Below, piece by piece: positions 62,273-64,000 of a stretch of DNA of 64,000 nt; positions within the stretch are counted from its first letter, which is position 1, and each line of letters starts with the position of its first letter. The stretch lies in contig CAVRCI010000002.1 of the NCBI GenBank assembly GCA_963719495.1, positions 224,001 to 288,000 of the forward strand, given 5' to 3'. The notes beneath the pieces are model-generated. The model ran no database searches. It had not been told where the DNA came from and worked only from the letters and a program-made list of their open reading frames with translations. A program made the position numbers and the translations under genes. Source of the DNA: an uncultured Verrucomicrobiae bacterium. Its GTDB lineage: Bacteria > Verrucomicrobiota > Verrucomicrobiia > Chthoniobacterales > JAATET01.

Positions 62273-63313
62273 CTACAGGAGACGGATTTTGCGCTCGGTC
62301 TCCGCGCTCTCGACGGCTCCGAAGACCATTTCGAGGCTTCGGATGTTGTCGGCGGCTTGGGTCATTGGTTGGGTGCCGTTTTCGATGCAGGTGAGGAATT
62401 CGCGCATCAGGCCGGCGTGGCCGTCGTCTTCCGGGTTCCATGTTGCCGGCTCCGGGGTGATGGACTTCGTGGCGCGAAAAAATGCCGGGGCGGCCTCATC
62501 GGATCCGCTGATCCGTTCGATTTGGATCGAATCCCCACCGTCCCAGAGCAGCGTGCCAGCCTCTCCCACGATGCGCCACGCACACTCCCATGTCGTCGAC
62601 AGCCCTTCGGCGCACCATGAGCCGCGGTAATTGAAGACGAGATCGTTGGTGAGTTCGAAGATCGCCATCGCGGACGCGCCGTGCCGATACCAGGACGAGG
62701 CGGGGTTGAATTCGTGGCAATAAACCGACACGGGATCGGCGTCGGTGATGAAGCGGGCTTGGTCGAAGGAATGGATCGCCATGTCGACGAGAAGGACGTG
62801 CTCCATCTCGGCGCGGAAACCGTCGAATCGGGGTCCGAGGTAGAAATCGGCGTTGATCGTGTGCGGTCGTCCGATGGCTCCGGACGCGAGCGCGTCCCGA
62901 ACCGAGCGGATCGCCCGGGCGTAGCGGCGGTTTTGGATGACTGCGTAAATTCGATCGTGGTCGGCGGCGGCCTGGACCATTTCCCGGGCGTCGGTGAGGT
63001 TGTCGGCGATGGGTTTCTCGCCGAGGACGTGGCAGCCGGCGGCGAGCGCGGTGAGGGTGACCTTTTTGTGGACGGCGGGGACGGTGCAGTCGAAGACGAT
63101 GTCGGGTCGGACCTTGGCGATGGCGTCGTCCAGCGAGTCGGTCACGTGCGCGTCGGTCAGGCCGAAGGCGGCGGCTTGGGCGCGGGCGGATTCGACCCGG
63201 AGGTCGACGAGGGCGGAGATCGTGAGGTTGGGGAGGGATTGGGCGGCGGTCAGCCAGACGGACGACATGCCGCCGCAACCAACGAGAATCGCGGAGTGGG
63301 TGTTGTTGTTCAT
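62273..63313 (-). CDS. Gfo/Idh/MocA family oxidoreductase
   Basis: LVGCGGM, HVLGEKP, QNRRY, DMAIHSFD. Confidence 0.93.
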   Translation of the reverse strand: MNNNTHSAILVGCGGMSSVWLTAAQSLPNLTISALVDLRVESARAQAAAFGLTDAHVTDSLDDAIAKVRPDIVFDCTVPAVHKKVTLTALAAGCHVLGEKPIADNLTDAREMVQAAADHDRIYAVIQNRRYARAIRSVRDALASGAIGRPHTINADFYLGPRFDGFRAEMEHVLLVDMAIHSFDQARFITDADPVSVYCHEFNPASSWYRHGASAMAIFELTNDLVFNYRGSWCAEGLSTTWECAWRIVGEAGTLLWDGGDSIQIERISGSDEAAPAFFRATKSITPEPATWNPEDDGHAGLMREFLTCIENGTQPMTQAADNIRSLEMVFGAVESAETERKIRLL

Positions 63314-63397
63314 GGGGATGGGTTGGTTGGGGTCCCGGTGGAGGTTCTTTCCAAACCCTGTCAAGTTTTGGAGGGGGGCGGTCAGGTGGCTGGTTGG

Positions 63398-64000
63398 CTA
63401 GCGGGTGGTGCAGGCCAGCCAGAGTTTCTGAAGGCGGTTGAGGCGGTAGCGGCGGTGGAAAACCTTGAAGCCGTCGGCTCGCATTTTCTGGAGCGTGCGT
63501 TCGTAGATGGCTCGCATGATCTCGGCCGTGCGGAGCGCGGCGCGGTCTTCGGCGGGGAGGGCGGCGGCGGCGGTGGCGTAGGCTTCGGCGGCCCGGTCGG
63601 CTTGAAATCTGGCCAATCGGAGAAAGTTGGGGGTCACGCGGCCCTCGAGAAGGTCCTCTTCCTTGACCCGGAAGCGGTAGAGGTCCTCGGTTGGCAGGTA
63701 GATCCGGTCGCGGGCGGCGTCTTCCTTCACGTCGCGGAGGATGTTGGTGAGCTGGAGGGCGAGGCCGAGGGATTCGGCGTAGGTCGCGCTCGCGGGGTGG
63801 TATGCGCCGAAGATCCGGATGCTCACGAGGCCGACGGCGGAGGCCGCCCGCCAGCAGTAGGCGCGCAATTCCTCGAAGGTGTCGTAGCGGGTCTGATCGA
63901 GATCCTGCGTCATTCCGGCGACGACTTCGACGAGGAGGTTCGGGTCGATTTCGCGACGGACGAGGAGTTCGCGAAGGTCGTCCGGCAGGTCGTTTGGCCG
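63398..64000 (-). CDS. Squalene/phytoene synthase family (HpnD-like), 3' part; starts beyond the window
   Basis: GM.QDL...RY.TF.EL..YC..AAS.VG, LG.ALQLTNILRDV.ED..R.RIYLP. Confidence 0.92.
   Translation of the reverse strand, partial: RPNDLPDDLRELLVRREIDPNLLVEVVAGMTQDLDQTRYDTFEELRAYCWRAASAVGLVSIRIFGAYHPASATYAESLGLALQLTNILRDVKEDAARDRIYLPTEDLYRFRVKEEDLLEGRVTPNFLRLARFQADRAAEAYATAAAALPAEDRAALRTAEIMRAIYERTLQKMRADGFKVFHRRYRLNRLQKLWLACTTR

Overview
High-GC bacterial chromosomal segment. Gene content and style suggest Verrucomicrobiota or another PVC lineage; this is an inference and no search was run. It holds about 48 supportable CDS, one tRNA-Asp(GTC) and three decayed remnants (sulfatase, PIN/VapC, and a DUF4338-ISAs1 insertion sequence). 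The housekeeping backbone includes aroD, trpD, holA, lptF-like, mgtE, hemL, folP, a split pta, modAB, fdhD with a YdeP-type enzyme, an Fe3+-type ABC transporter and a GH42. Highlights: (1) a 15-kb coupled operon (membrane coiled-coil protein, MoxR, DUF58, vWA, double vWA) ending in a 2415-aa secreted TPR protein with an apparently circularly permuted lectin-like beta-sandwich inserted inside one TPR; (2) two unrelated modules of a small partner plus a MenT/AbiEii-like nucleotidyltransferase, one with a 110-nt gene overlap; (3) a flavin halogenase + UbiD pair converging on an operon of ketosynthase, SRPBCC cyclase, RibD-like reductase, flippase-like protein, TIM barrel and FAD oxidoreductase; (4) many miniature repeats (REP/REPIN-like hairpins, 9-mer inverted elements, polar 7-mer arrays), several absorbed into coding sequence including a 7-mer tract inside folP; (5) a loop-less 36-bp palindrome between modA and lptF. 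No CRISPR array, rRNA, intact transposase, integrase or reverse transcriptase was seen. All family calls come from motif recognition by eye.
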